Source of the DNA: Clostridia bacterium
Lineage (GTDB): Bacteria > Bacillota > Clostridia > UMGS1883
Direction: 5' to 3'
Length of the DNA: 64,000 nt
Assembly: GCA_045604905.1 (NCBI GenBank)
Contig: JAZUOX010000013.1
Coordinates: forward strand, 5,922-69,921
The position numbers were made by a program, and so were the translations under genes. Under the pieces are notes generated by a model that did not search any database, had not been told where the DNA came from, and saw nothing but the letters and a program-made list of their open reading frames with translations. Shown here one piece after another: positions 26,060-35,944 of the stretch. Every line of letters begins with the position of its first letter. The stretch's first letter is position 1.

Positions 26060-27031
26060 TCAGTTAACAGTATTAAATTTATTTTTTCTGTAAAGCTCGT
26101 AACTTATAAGTGAATCTGCATCAAGATTTTCTTTATTCATACTTACTGCATTTATGCTGAAATTATTATAGGTCGTGAAATAACATATTCCTTTGGCAGC
26201 ATTATAACAGACAGAGTAATTTGTAATCTCGTCCATACCGTTAACTTTGATGCATCCTTTCTGTTGATAAACGCTGTAAAGAATATGAAAAAACTGATTC
26301 ACCTGCTCCTTGTCGTCACCTTTGAAATCGCTGTTAAGGCTGACAAAAGCTGCACGAATAAATCTTGAGACAGAGCTGTTATCTCCCGGAAGCCCCAATG
26401 CCCCCATTCCGCGACTGTATAAAGAAAGATTGATTTTATCCGAAAAAGTGTTTTCGGGCTCTTTAGCAGAAAGCGAAATGTAATTATTAAGATTAAAAAG
26501 CTGCATATCAAATGACGGACTGTTTGATAAAACACCTACATTGTTGTCAAATGTTTTCAAGCCGTTTTCTGTCTGTTCAACTACTATACATGATGTTTTA
26601 TCGGCAATAATCCAGTGTAGGGGTGAAGGCGGTAATTTATCAGAAAACGGAGTATCTGTTATATTTATGTCACTGAGAAGCCGTTTTACACTTTCGATGT
26701 TACTGCATTGAGAAAGCACATAGGTTACAAATTCATAGGACGCCACATTATCCTTGCCTGTCGTTTCTTTAAAATAACAGGCATATCCCGGAAAATTGAG
26801 TCCTGCCACAGAAAGCCCTTTTTCGTTTATTGCATCAAAATATAGAGGATAACCGTTTTCTGCTACGGCTATACCCATAATAGCATAATGATTTGAAAGT
26901 GTTTTTCCGTTTGTGAATTTAAAAGTGTAGTTGCGCGGAGTGATACAGATTTTTTCTCCGAAAGCATGCTCATAGTCAAGATTTCTTCCGAAGTAGTGGC
27001 AAGTGCAAACTACCGAAACTGCTGTACACAT
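26060..27031 (-). CDS. choloylglycine hydrolase family protein (bile salt hydrolase / Ntn C59)
   Basis: 323 aa starting MCTAVS, with the Cys2 nucleophile exposed after Met removal. GRNLDYE (Arg/Asp), VLSNSP (Asn) and SVSRF (Arg) match BSH/PVA active-site positions. AGGAGGAA RBS at 27038-27045. The tracked 448-aa ORF is an artefactual extension. Confidence 0.85.
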   Translation of the reverse strand: MCTAVSVVCTCHYFGRNLDYEHAFGEKICITPRNYTFKFTNGKTLSNHYAIMGIAVAENGYPLYFDAINEKGLSVAGLNFPGYACYFKETTGKDNVASYEFVTYVLSQCSNIESVKRLLSDINITDTPFSDKLPPSPLHWIIADKTSCIVVEQTENGLKTFDNNVGVLSNSPSFDMQLFNLNNYISLSAKEPENTFSDKINLSLYSRGMGALGLPGDNSSVSRFIRAAFVSLNSDFKGDDKEQVNQFFHILYSVYQQKGCIKVNGMDEITNYSVCYNAAKGICYFTTYNNFSINAVSMNKENLDADSLISYELYRKNKFNTVN

Positions 27032-27109
27032 AAATATTCCTCCTAAAAACTCTTTACTTATCTTCCCTTTTAATATATAATATATCCAGATTTTTAAAGG
27101 AGTAATTAT

Positions 27110-28834
27110 ATGTTCAGACGATTTTCTCATTATTATAAGCCTTACATCGGACTCATTATTCTGGATTTGCTCTGTGCTGTATTCACCACGGTGTGTGAGC
27201 TGGTTTTTCCTTTGATAGTCCGTAAAATCACAAACACAGCAATGGACGGTGCAACCGAGCTTTTGCTTAGCACTGTGCTCCGCCTTGGAGGTCTTTATCT
27301 GTTTCTCAGACTTTGTGATACTGTTGCACAGTACTATATGGCATTTGTCGGTCATATGACAGGAGCAAAGCTTGAAACCGATATGCGCCGTGACCTTTTT
27401 AATCATTTGCAGAGACTTCCTTTCAGTTATTACGACAATGCAAAAGTCGGACAGATTATGTCAAGAGTCACAAACGACCTTTTTGATATAACCGAATTTT
27501 CCCATCACTGCCCGGAGGAGTTTTTCATTGCAGGAATAAAAATAGTCGGTGCTTTTATAATTCTTGGCGGTATAAACATCAAGCTGACTTTACTTATATT
27601 TATGTTGCTTCCGCTGATGTTTGTTTCCATTCTTTTATACAGAAAGAAAATGAAAAATGCTTTTAAGCGTAACCGAGAGCAGATTGGTGAGCTTAATGCA
27701 GAGCTTGAGGACAGTCTTCTTGGAATAAGAGTTGTAAAAAGTTTTGCAAATGAAGATATTGAGAGAGAAAAGTTTTCAAAAAGCAATCATAAATTCCTCG
27801 AAACAAAAAAAGACTCCTACAAATATATGTCGCTGTTTCAGGCAGGAACAAGATTCTTTGATGGAGTTATGTATGTGGCAGTAATTGTTATCGGATCTGT
27901 ATTTATGATTAACGGGCATATAAATGCCGCAGATTTAATTGCATATCTTCTTTATATTCAGACGCTTATTGCCTCTGTAAGACGAATTGTGGAATTTACT
28001 GAGCAATTCCAGAAAGGTATGACGGGTATTGAACGCTTTATGGAAATTATGGATGAGCCCGTGACTATTGAAGATTCTCCATCCGCTCAAGAAGTCGATT
28101 CAATCACCGGTGACATAACATTAGAAAATGTTACTTTCCGATATACAGAAGACGGAAGCGATATTTTAAATAAAATAAACATACATATCGCCCCCGGAGA
28201 AAATATTGCTATTGTAGGGCCGTCAGGTGGCGGAAAGACAACGCTTTGCAATCTTATCCCCAGGTTTTACGACGTTGCGGACGGCAATATTCTCATTGAC
28301 GGAAAAAACATAAAGGATATTACACTTAAAGCTCTCAGAAATAATATAGGCGTTGTTCAACAGGATGTGTATCTTTTCTCAGGCACAGTTTATGAAAACA
28401 TACTCTACGGCAAACCCGACGCAACTAAAGAAGATGTTATTGAAGCTGCAAAAGCTGCAGGTGCTCATGAATTTATAGAGGGGCTTGCAGATGGCTACGA
28501 CACCTATGTCGGAGAAAGAGGTGTAAAACTTTCGGGCGGACAGAAACAGAGAATTTCCATTGCAAGAGTATTTCTTAAAAATCCGCCTGTACTTATACTT
28601 GATGAAGCAACGAGTGCTCTTGATAATGAAAGTGAGCTTATCGTACAAAAGTCACTTGAGAGACTTTCCAAGGGAAGGACTACTTTTACCATAGCACACC
28701 GTCTCACAACAATCAAAAATGCTTCCCGCATATTGTACCTTACCTCCGACGGGATTACAGAGGAAGGAAGCCACAATGAGCTTATATCAAAAAACGGTGA
28801 TTACGCAAAGCTTTACGCTATGTATTCAAATTAA
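27110..28834 (+). CDS. ABC exporter, fused permease/ATPase (MsbA/ABCB-type half transporter)
   Basis: 574 aa. Six-TM N-terminal domain, then GPSGGGKTT (Walker A), LSGGQKQRISIAR (signature) and ILDEATSALD (Walker B). AAAGGAG RBS. Confidence 0.88.
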   Translation: MFRRFSHYYKPYIGLIILDLLCAVFTTVCELVFPLIVRKITNTAMDGATELLLSTVLRLGGLYLFLRLCDTVAQYYMAFVGHMTGAKLETDMRRDLFNHLQRLPFSYYDNAKVGQIMSRVTNDLFDITEFSHHCPEEFFIAGIKIVGAFIILGGINIKLTLLIFMLLPLMFVSILLYRKKMKNAFKRNREQIGELNAELEDSLLGIRVVKSFANEDIEREKFSKSNHKFLETKKDSYKYMSLFQAGTRFFDGVMYVAVIVIGSVFMINGHINAADLIAYLLYIQTLIASVRRIVEFTEQFQKGMTGIERFMEIMDEPVTIEDSPSAQEVDSITGDITLENVTFRYTEDGSDILNKINIHIAPGENIAIVGPSGGGKTTLCNLIPRFYDVADGNILIDGKNIKDITLKALRNNIGVVQQDVYLFSGTVYENILYGKPDATKEDVIEAAKAAGAHEFIEGLADGYDTYVGERGVKLSGGQKQRISIARVFLKNPPVLILDEATSALDNESELIVQKSLERLSKGRTTFTIAHRLTTIKNASRILYLTSDGITEEGSHNELISKNGDYAKLYAMYSN

Positions 28835-28856
28835 ACAGTTATCCCTGTTTTCATAC

Positions 28857-28902
28857 AAAAACGCCATATAAAATGCAAATTGTATTTTATATGGCGTTTT
28901 TG
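28857..28902. terminator. bidirectional intrinsic terminator
   Basis: ACGCCATATAAAAT (28861-28874) pairs with ATTTTATATGGCGT (28884-28897). It is flanked by an A4 run and a T5 run, between convergent genes. Confidence 0.8.
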
Positions 28903-28918
28903 TTGTCTGCATCTTTAT

Positions 28919-31264
28919 TTACCAGATTGATATTCTTTTTTCAGGAGCAACATACATTCCGTCGCCCACTTTTATATCAAATTCGTCATAGAATTCATCA
29001 ATATGCACAAGAACTCTGTTTATTCTTGCCTTATTATCCGCATGAGGATCGCTCTGCAAAGAATATTTGGCATATTCTCTGGTATAAGTGCTTGCAAAAG
29101 TATTTGCCATTGCATAGAAAAGCTTTTTGTAGTCAGGGTTTTCCTTTTTTCCAAGTAGCTCTGTTATGCACGACGCTGCACCCATATCCGATACGTTTTC
29201 AGAAAGAGTGAGAGTTCCGTTAGTAAGTATTCCCGGAGCAGTTTCATAACCTTCGTAAAAGGCTACAACATGGTCACAGAGTCTCTCAAATTCTTTAAAA
29301 TCCTCCTCTTGCCACCAGTTGCAGATATTTCCGTTTTCGTCAAAAAGAGCACCATTATTATCAAAGGCGTGTGTCATCTCATGAGCGATAATATACCCTA
29401 TACCTCCAAGATTTTCTTCATACGTTGCATTTTTGTCATAAAGTGGTTTCTGCAGTATTGCCGCAGGAAACACGATTGAGTTAGTGGTCAGGTCATATCC
29501 GGCATTCACCGTATAAGTTTCCATCTGCCAAGCAGCCCTGTCACGCACTGCAAACTGAAGCATCCCACGGCTTTTAACAGCTTCTTTTGCTATAGCAAGC
29601 ATATTCGCAAAGAGAGTGCCGCCGTCTTTGGGAGAAACTATCTCCACTCCGTCAATATAGCTGTCAAATCTGTCCGGATATCCAATCATTATCTGCATGG
29701 AATCGAGTTTTTTTATTGCTTTTTCTTTTGTAGTTTCACTCATCCAATCAAGATTTTTTATGCGCTGTTTAAACATTTCTTTGATATCCAGTGCCATACG
29801 CTGTACATCCTGTTTGGACTGCTGGTCAAAATACTCATCAACATAAATTTTCCCGAGATAATCAGGCATAACATTTTTCAGCATAATCTCTGCTTTCTGA
29901 CTTCTCGTATATGAGCCCTCGACTCCAAAAAGTGTGTTTTCAAACTCAGTTACTGCATTGTCCACCCGTGTGTCAAGTTCTGCCCCCCACATATCCATAA
30001 GAGTAATTTTTGCCACAGTTTTCAGTATTTCGATATTAGACTGATTATACATTCCGGAAAAAGCGTTCATAAGCTGTGGCTCAGCCACTAAAACACGATC
30101 GTTCTTCCGAAGATACATATTATCAAGAAGCTTTTCAAGGTCACAGTCCGGAAAAAGTGATTCAAGCTTTTTGAATTTGTATACATTGTTTATTTTCTCT
30201 ACATCGTATCTTTCCTGGGATGACAGCATATTTTCTGAAAGCTTTTTTTCAAATTCAAAATACTCAACAGCTTTTTTTTCTGCATCCGACTTTGTTTCTC
30301 CTGCCACACTAAGCAGTGTTTCAAGATACTTTACATACGCTTTTTGAGTTTTTTCATCTTCTTCGAAATAAAATTCCTTATGCATCAGCGGAGTAAATGA
30401 TGAAAAACAAAGCATATACTTTGAGCTGTTCTCCATATCTGCCGTAAGACCAAACTCCATAAAAGGATTTACGCATAAATCTTTTGACAATCTGTCCTGC
30501 ACAATAGAAAGTTCTCCCATATTTTTTACATCGTCAATTTCTTTTATATAGCTTTCTATCGGCTTTACAGAAGTTCTGTTTATTGCATTTGTATCAACAA
30601 AGCACTTATACATATCGGCAATTTTCTGTTCAGGAGTTCCTTTTTTGTTTGTTCCGTCAACTGCTTTTTTGATAATGTTATAAACCTGTGTTGCAGAATC
30701 TGCCTGTACCATATAAAAAGTGCCGTTCATATATTCTCCATGAGATATGGTCATATTCTCAAGAATTTCCTTGTTTGCCGTAGCATAAAAATCATCACAG
30801 GGATTTTTTCCGTAAAGGGCGTACATTCTCTTCACAAAAAGCTCAAGTTGTTCAAGCGTTACATTGTCGTCAGGTGAAAATATATTCTTTCCGGTACCTG
30901 CCACAATTCCACTGTCAAACACATCCTTAAGCTCTTTCCTTGCCCATTGTGGTACATCGTTAAAGTCCTCTGCTTTAAGCGCGACTCTTTTGTTGTGCCC
31001 CTCAGGCTCAGGAATATCCCCGAATGCTCTTTTGAGCATTACAAGTGCCTCTGCACGAGTGACACTCCGTTCCTCATGAAGGGAGCCGTCCTCGTATCCT
31101 TTGATTATATCATTTTTTACTACGCCAGGATTATAAAAATCCGCCGCAGAAAGAAGATAATCTGCCACTTCGCCCCGCGTAGCGTAGCCATTTCCGGCAA
31201 AAGCCGGCAAAACATGCACCATACACAAAACAAGAAAAAGTGCCATTATTCTTTTTAGTTTCAT
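28919..31264 (-). CDS. M13-family zinc metalloendopeptidase (PepO/neprilysin-like) with N-terminal SLH cell-wall anchoring domains
   Basis: Signal peptide MKLKRIMALFLVLCMVHVLPAFA. SLH motifs: TRGEVADYLL...GYEDGSLH...TRAEALVMLKRAF and FNDVPQWA...GIVAGTGKNIFSPDDNVTLEQL. HExxH zinc site in IIAHEMTHAFD; C-terminal NRVLVH...F. Confidence 0.82.
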   Translation of the reverse strand: MKLKRIMALFLVLCMVHVLPAFAGNGYATRGEVADYLLSAADFYNPGVVKNDIIKGYEDGSLHEERSVTRAEALVMLKRAFGDIPEPEGHNKRVALKAEDFNDVPQWARKELKDVFDSGIVAGTGKNIFSPDDNVTLEQLELFVKRMYALYGKNPCDDFYATANKEILENMTISHGEYMNGTFYMVQADSATQVYNIIKKAVDGTNKKGTPEQKIADMYKCFVDTNAINRTSVKPIESYIKEIDDVKNMGELSIVQDRLSKDLCVNPFMEFGLTADMENSSKYMLCFSSFTPLMHKEFYFEEDEKTQKAYVKYLETLLSVAGETKSDAEKKAVEYFEFEKKLSENMLSSQERYDVEKINNVYKFKKLESLFPDCDLEKLLDNMYLRKNDRVLVAEPQLMNAFSGMYNQSNIEILKTVAKITLMDMWGAELDTRVDNAVTEFENTLFGVEGSYTRSQKAEIMLKNVMPDYLGKIYVDEYFDQQSKQDVQRMALDIKEMFKQRIKNLDWMSETTKEKAIKKLDSMQIMIGYPDRFDSYIDGVEIVSPKDGGTLFANMLAIAKEAVKSRGMLQFAVRDRAAWQMETYTVNAGYDLTTNSIVFPAAILQKPLYDKNATYEENLGGIGYIIAHEMTHAFDNNGALFDENGNICNWWQEEDFKEFERLCDHVVAFYEGYETAPGILTNGTLTLSENVSDMGAASCITELLGKKENPDYKKLFYAMANTFASTYTREYAKYSLQSDPHADNKARINRVLVHIDEFYDEFDIKVGDGMYVAPEKRISIW

Positions 31265-31301
31265 AAAACGGTCCCCCCTTTTTTCAGAAATTTTCAATTA
31301 A

Positions 31302-32000
31302 TCAGCAGCACTCGCCATCTGCTCTCTTTATTGCTTCCTTTGCAAGTTCAAGTGTAGGGTCAACGGACGGATAGTCAAGATTATACATTTCTTTGGCCAG
31401 GGGAAGCTCTGTACAGCCAAGGATGAGCGTTTCGGCACCCATATTGATAAGTGCCTCCATCGCCTTTCTGACATCAGTTGTATTAAAATCCCACTTGCTT
31501 GCCTTTACGCCGCCGTATATCAAATCCATAACTGCTTTTTGTCCCATTTCATCGGGCTTTATAAGTTCTATACCGCTGTTTTTAAATATTTTCTGATATA
31601 TACCGCTTTGTATTGTTCCGTCAGTCGCAAGAAGCCCTGCCTTTTTCACTCCCTGTTTTTTAAGAGTATTGCAGGTTATTTCAATCATATGAAGCACAGG
31701 AATACTAACTACCTCCTGTACTTTTCTGTGAAAATAGTGTGCCGTATTGCATGGCATTATAAGAAGGTCCGCCCCCATATCCGACAGTGCCTTTGCACTT
31801 TTGGTAAGTTCGGGCACCGGGTCGGATCCACCGTGAAGGATCGCCCCCGTACGGTCAGGGATATTTGTATTGTTGTCTACAAGTACTCTGATATGGTCCT
31901 GATCTTTTTCTGCCTTTGTATTAAGAACTATTTTCTTAAAAAGGTCAGCAGTTGCAAGAGGCCCCATACCGCCTATGATACCTATAACTTTTTTACTCAT
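31302..32000 (-). CDS. aspartate/glutamate racemase family protein (aspartate racemase-like)
   Basis: 232 aa. IGIIGGMGPLATADLFKKI, a first catalytic Cys in MPCNTAHYF and a second in LGCTELPL. Confidence 0.82.
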   Translation of the reverse strand: MSKKVIGIIGGMGPLATADLFKKIVLNTKAEKDQDHIRVLVDNNTNIPDRTGAILHGGSDPVPELTKSAKALSDMGADLLIMPCNTAHYFHRKVQEVVSIPVLHMIEITCNTLKKQGVKKAGLLATDGTIQSGIYQKIFKNSGIELIKPDEMGQKAVMDLIYGGVKASKWDFNTTDVRKAMEALINMGAETLILGCTELPLAKEMYNLDYPSVDPTLELAKEAIKRADGECC

Positions 32001-32004
32001 AATT

Positions 32005-32853
32005 CTATTCCTTTATAGTTATTGTCTCGCCCGATTTTACACAGTACACTTCACCATTATACGATCCGCCGACAGTATCATCGTAAAACCATACATCTAC
32101 TCTTGTGGGATTATATATCATTGTGCCGTCAGCGGAAGTTTCAAGCGACCTGTACGCCTCTGTGTAATCGTAAATTTCAATATTTGTGGCATACCAGATA
32201 TCGTCACGGTTGCCCATAGTTTTACAGAATTTTTCAATTCTGTCCCAGTTGTTGTCATTGTCAAACTCATAGCTGTGACCCCACAGATAGAAAAGCCATG
32301 GCTTTCTGATTTGCTTTTTATGGTTTATGAATTCATCTGCAAGAGAAAACAGCTTTTCGTCGTTATGGTGACAGGTTGCAGGCATACGAAGCCAGTCTTC
32401 CGGCATCTTGAAACCATGAGTAGTTTCTGCTGTTCGTGCATACTTAATTTTGCAAAGCTTAAGTATTTCCACTACCTGATCACTGTATGTGCCGAAAGGA
32501 TAAGCACAGCCTCTCACCATACCACCCCATATTTTTTCAAGGATACGCCTGTTTTCAATAATCTCATAAACGGCATGGTCTGAGTCAAGCTCTTCAAGAT
32601 ACGGATGTGTATGACCGTGAATTGCAATTTCGTGACAACCGTTTTTGTAAGTGCTGACAATATCTTCTGCACTCATAGCGTGACTTGCGGCACCGGTCTT
32701 TCCGATCATATCACTGCTGATATTAAAAGTGCCCTTTATACCGTATTTATTCATTATTTCTACAAGTCGCTTGTCCTGGTCAACGCCGTCATCATAGCTT
32801 AAGGTAAGAGCCTTCTCTTTGCCGTCCTTAAACCGCATAAAACGCATACTCAT
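32005..32853 (-). CDS. polysaccharide deacetylase family protein (CE4 NodB fold)
   Basis: 282 aa. LTLSYDDGVDQD (Asp-Asp motif) and HEIAIHGHTHP (His-His metal site). No signal peptide. AAGGAG RBS. Confidence 0.78.
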   Translation of the reverse strand: MSMRFMRFKDGKEKALTLSYDDGVDQDKRLVEIMNKYGIKGTFNISSDMIGKTGAASHAMSAEDIVSTYKNGCHEIAIHGHTHPYLEELDSDHAVYEIIENRRILEKIWGGMVRGCAYPFGTYSDQVVEILKLCKIKYARTAETTHGFKMPEDWLRMPATCHHNDEKLFSLADEFINHKKQIRKPWLFYLWGHSYEFDNDNNWDRIEKFCKTMGNRDDIWYATNIEIYDYTEAYRSLETSADGTMIYNPTRVDVWFYDDTVGGSYNGEVYCVKSGETITIKE

Positions 32854-32858
32854 TTTTA

Positions 32859-33284
32859 TTACTCCTTGGTCTTTGCCTTCATTTCACAGTAGACACATCT
32901 GTAAACTTTATTATCTTTGTCTGTAAGCTTGAAAATATGGTCAATTTCCTGTTCAACGGAAGTGATACATCTGGGATTTTTGCATTTAACGATATTGACT
33001 ATTCTTTCGGGAAGTTCAAGATGTTTCTTGCCTGTCTTGACACCGTTTTCTATGGTGTTTATAGTAATGCCGTTGTCAATATAACCGAGAGCTGCAAGAT
33101 CAACATCCAAAGCCTCGTCAATTTTGATTATATCTTTTCTTCCCATCTTTTTGCTGGGAACATTTTTAATAATAGCTACAGAACACTCAAGTGCATCAAG
33201 ATTAAGCAGCTTGTATATTTCCATACTTTTACCTGCAGCGATATGGTCTATAACGATACCGTTTGTAATTTCATCAATATGCAT
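32859..33284 (-). CDS. pyrI: aspartate carbamoyltransferase regulatory subunit
   Basis: 141 aa. The C-terminal zinc domain CKNPRCIT...YRCVYCE is typical of PyrI. The gene directly follows pyrB. Confidence 0.88.
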   Translation of the reverse strand: MHIDEITNGIVIDHIAAGKSMEIYKLLNLDALECSVAIIKNVPSKKMGRKDIIKIDEALDVDLAALGYIDNGITINTIENGVKTGKKHLELPERIVNIVKCKNPRCITSVEQEIDHIFKLTDKDNKVYRCVYCEMKAKTKE

Positions 33285-33296
33285 AACCTTACCTCC

Positions 33297-34220
33297 TTAT
33301 TTAATACCAAGCAATTTAAGAATAAGTGCCATTCTTATGAATTTACCGTTATGTGCCTGACGGAAATAGCAGGCGCGTTCATCATTATCAATTTCTACAG
33401 AGATTTCGTTAACTCTGGGAAGTGGATGAAGAATACGCATTGTGCTTTTTGCACTTTCAAGCTTATCCGGTGTAAGGATATATGTATCTTTAAGTCTGAT
33501 ATAGTCCGCTTCGTTGAAGAATCTTTCTTTCTGGACGCGTGTCATATACAGAACATCAAGATCTGCAATAGAGTCCTCAAGGCTTTCTGTTTCGACAAAC
33601 TCGATGTTTTTCTTGAGAAGAACTTCGTTTACGAGATATTCGGGAAGTTTAAGTTCCTTAGGTGAAATCATAACGAATTTCACATTATCATATCTTACCA
33701 TTGCCTGAATAAGAGAGTGCACTGTTCTGCCAAACTTAAGGTCACCGCAGAAACCTATTGTAAGGTTATCGAGATGTCCGATTTCTCTCTTTATTGTAAG
33801 AAGGTCTGTAAGTGTCTGTGTAGGATGATTGTGTCCTCCGTCACCTGCATTGATGATGGGAATATCTGTTTTCATCGCTGCAACGGTAGGGGCACCCTCT
33901 TTGGGATGACGCATTGCTATAATATCGGCATAGCATTGCACTGTTCTTACAGTATCGGCAACGCTCTCACCTTTTGCCGCAGAGCTTGACTGTGCCTCAG
34001 AAAATCCAAGCACATTACCCCCCAGTTCGTACATAGCAGCTTCAAAGCTGAGTCTTGTACGGGTTGAAGGCTCAAAGAAAAGTGTCGCAAGCTTTTTATA
34101 TCTGCACTTTTCTCTGTAGTTGTCAGGATGTGCAATTATATCCTTTGCAACTTCTATAAGTTCATCAATTTCCTCGGTTGACAAATCGAGAATATCTATA
34201 AGATCTTTCACATCAATCAT
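33297..34220 (-). CDS. pyrB: aspartate carbamoyltransferase catalytic subunit
   Basis: 307 aa. [17 protein letters not shown] and HPLPR motifs. The SD (AAAGG) abuts the ATG at 34220, so GTG at 34211 is an alternative start. Confidence 0.9.
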   Translation of the reverse strand: MIDVKDLIDILDLSTEEIDELIEVAKDIIAHPDNYREKCRYKKLATLFFEPSTRTRLSFEAAMYELGGNVLGFSEAQSSSAAKGESVADTVRTVQCYADIIAMRHPKEGAPTVAAMKTDIPIINAGDGGHNHPTQTLTDLLTIKREIGHLDNLTIGFCGDLKFGRTVHSLIQAMVRYDNVKFVMISPKELKLPEYLVNEVLLKKNIEFVETESLEDSIADLDVLYMTRVQKERFFNEADYIRLKDTYILTPDKLESAKSTMRILHPLPRVNEISVEIDNDERACYFRQAHNGKFIRMALILKLLGIK

Positions 34221-34316
34221 CCTTTCGTATTTTTATTTAATAGAAAAAAGTTCGAAATTTGAAGTCCTAATTTCACTTTAATTCAGCATTCCGCACTCCG
34301 AATTCCGCATTTAAAA

Positions 34317-34580
34317 TGGTCTGGGCATTTTTAACATCCCTATCATAAGGATAGGAAAAAATGTTCAGAACGGACAAACTAAACCCCGAAGGGGATTCCC
34401 GAAGGCGTATGTGATACGCCGAGAGGTGAAGTTTGTTCGTAACAAAGGACATATAATCCGAAATTCGCTAGGCGAATTTCTACCAAAGCCAATAAAACCC
34501 ACATTGTTGTAAATTTCACTTAAATTGCAAGCTTAAATATGTTTTGTCCTTTGTGGTCTGGGCATTTTTAACATCCCTAT
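34317..34580 (-). ncRNA. candidate structured RNA element in the pyrE-pyrB spacer, bounded by perfect 27-nt direct repeats
   Basis: TGGTCTGGGCATTTTTAACATCCCTAT occurs at 34317-34343 and 34554-34580, a period of 237 bp. On the minus strand the interior has stable hairpins: GAAAUUCGC-CUA-GCGAAUUUC, GGCGUAU-CAC-AUACGCC, CCCC-UUCG-GGGG, plus long-range ACAAAGGACA/UGUCCUUUGU. No ORF is present. Confidence 0.4.
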
Positions 34581-35209
34581 TACTTAATCCAGCTTTCGTC
34601 TGATGGGTTATTACGGAACTTGATAAGTCTTTCCTTATCCTCTGCCTTAATGTAGTTTTCCTTTGCAGCAACTTCAACGATTGTGTCAAAGTCTGTAAGG
34701 CTTATGTTCTTTACATTAGCTTCAGCCATTCTGTCAAGGCCTTTTTTCATACCGTATGTAAAGATTGATGCAATACCGAGTACCTCTGCACCTGCTTCGC
34801 GAAGTGCATCTACAACCTCAATAACGCTACCGCCTGTTGAGATAAGGTCCTCGATAACAACAACCTTGTCGCCCTTTTCAAGCTTACCTTCAATCTGGTT
34901 CTGTCTGCCGTGGTCCTTTGCACCGCTTCTTACATAACCCATAGGCATATCAAGAAGATGCGCTGTGATTGCAGCATGTGCAATACCTGCAGTTGATGTA
35001 CCCATAAGCACCTCTGCATCAGGGTAGTGTGTCTTTACAACTTCTGCAAGTGATTTTTCAACATCGTTTCTTACTTCGGGAGCTGTAAGTGTAAGACGGT
35101 TATCGCAGTAAATAGGGCTCTTAATACCGCTTGCCCATGTAAAGGGATCGTCAGGGCTCAAAAATACTGCCTTGATTTTAAGTAAGTCTTTTGCAATTAA
35201 TTCTTTCAT
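34580..35209 (-). CDS. pyrE: orotate phosphoribosyltransferase
   Basis: 209 aa. FTWASGIKSPIYCDNR and the PRPP motif VVVIEDLISTGGS. Confidence 0.9.
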   Translation of the reverse strand: MKELIAKDLLKIKAVFLSPDDPFTWASGIKSPIYCDNRLTLTAPEVRNDVEKSLAEVVKTHYPDAEVLMGTSTAGIAHAAITAHLLDMPMGYVRSGAKDHGRQNQIEGKLEKGDKVVVIEDLISTGGSVIEVVDALREAGAEVLGIASIFTYGMKKGLDRMAEANVKNISLTDFDTIVEVAAKENYIKAEDKERLIKFRNNPSDESWIK

Positions 35210-35245
35210 TTTTATTTTCCTCTCTTTATAAATTAGTCTGTAATA

Positions 35246-35944
35246 TTAGTCCACAAATTCTTTTACACATCTTTCGTAAGCTGCAACCGGATCATCTGCC
35301 GCAGTAATTGGGCGACCTACAACAATGTAGTCACTGCCTACGCTTTTTGCCTTTTCGGGAGTCATAATTCTTACCTGGTCATCTGCAGCACTGTCAGCAA
35401 AACGGATACCGGGAGTTACTGTTACAAAGTTCTTTCCGCAAACTTCCTTAACGCGGGATGCTTCATGAGGCGAACATACAACGCCGTCAAGTCCGCTGTC
35501 TGCGGCACATTTAGCATAGTGTTCTACAACCTCTGCAAGAGGTGCATTTATAAGAAGGTCATCTTTCATTCTTTCTTCGCTTGTGCTTGTAAGCTGTGTT
35601 ACTGCGATGAGAATGGGACGTGTGCCGTCTTCACGAGTTAAGCCTTCAATAGCGGCTTTCATCATTTCCTTTGTGCCGAAAGCGTGAAGATTTGTCATAT
35701 CAACATCAAGGTTTGAAAGAACCTTCATTGATTTTTTTACAGTGTTAGGAATATCGCAAAGCTTAAGGTCAAGGAAAATCTTGTGTCCTCTTTCCTTTAC
35801 TGCTTTAACGATTTCGGGGCCCTCTGCATAGAAAAGCTCCATACCGATTTTTACGAAGGGCTTTCTGCCCTGAAACTTGTCGAGAAATTCCACCAAAGCT
35901 GCCTTTGACGAAAAATCACATGCTACGATTACATCCTTACCCAT
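35246..35944 (-). CDS. pyrF: orotidine 5'-phosphate decarboxylase
   Basis: 232 aa. [26 protein letters not shown] and VVGRPIT motifs. Confidence 0.9.
   Translation of the reverse strand: MGKDVIVACDFSSKAALVEFLDKFQGRKPFVKIGMELFYAEGPEIVKAVKERGHKIFLDLKLCDIPNTVKKSMKVLSNLDVDMTNLHAFGTKEMMKAAIEGLTREDGTRPILIAVTQLTSTSEERMKDDLLINAPLAEVVEHYAKCAADSGLDGVVCSPHEASRVKEVCGKNFVTVTPGIRFADSAADDQVRIMTPEKAKSVGSDYIVVGRPITAADDPVAAYERCVKEFVD

Noticed and set aside
26060-27406. A 448-aa ORF in the track, which would give the bile salt hydrolase a 125-aa N-terminal extension overlapping the ABC exporter gene.
   Set aside because: Ntn hydrolases of this family need Cys at position 2. MCTAVS starts at 27031 with a strong AGGAGGAA SD 7 nt upstream. 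The extension is low-complexity and antisense to a well-supported gene.
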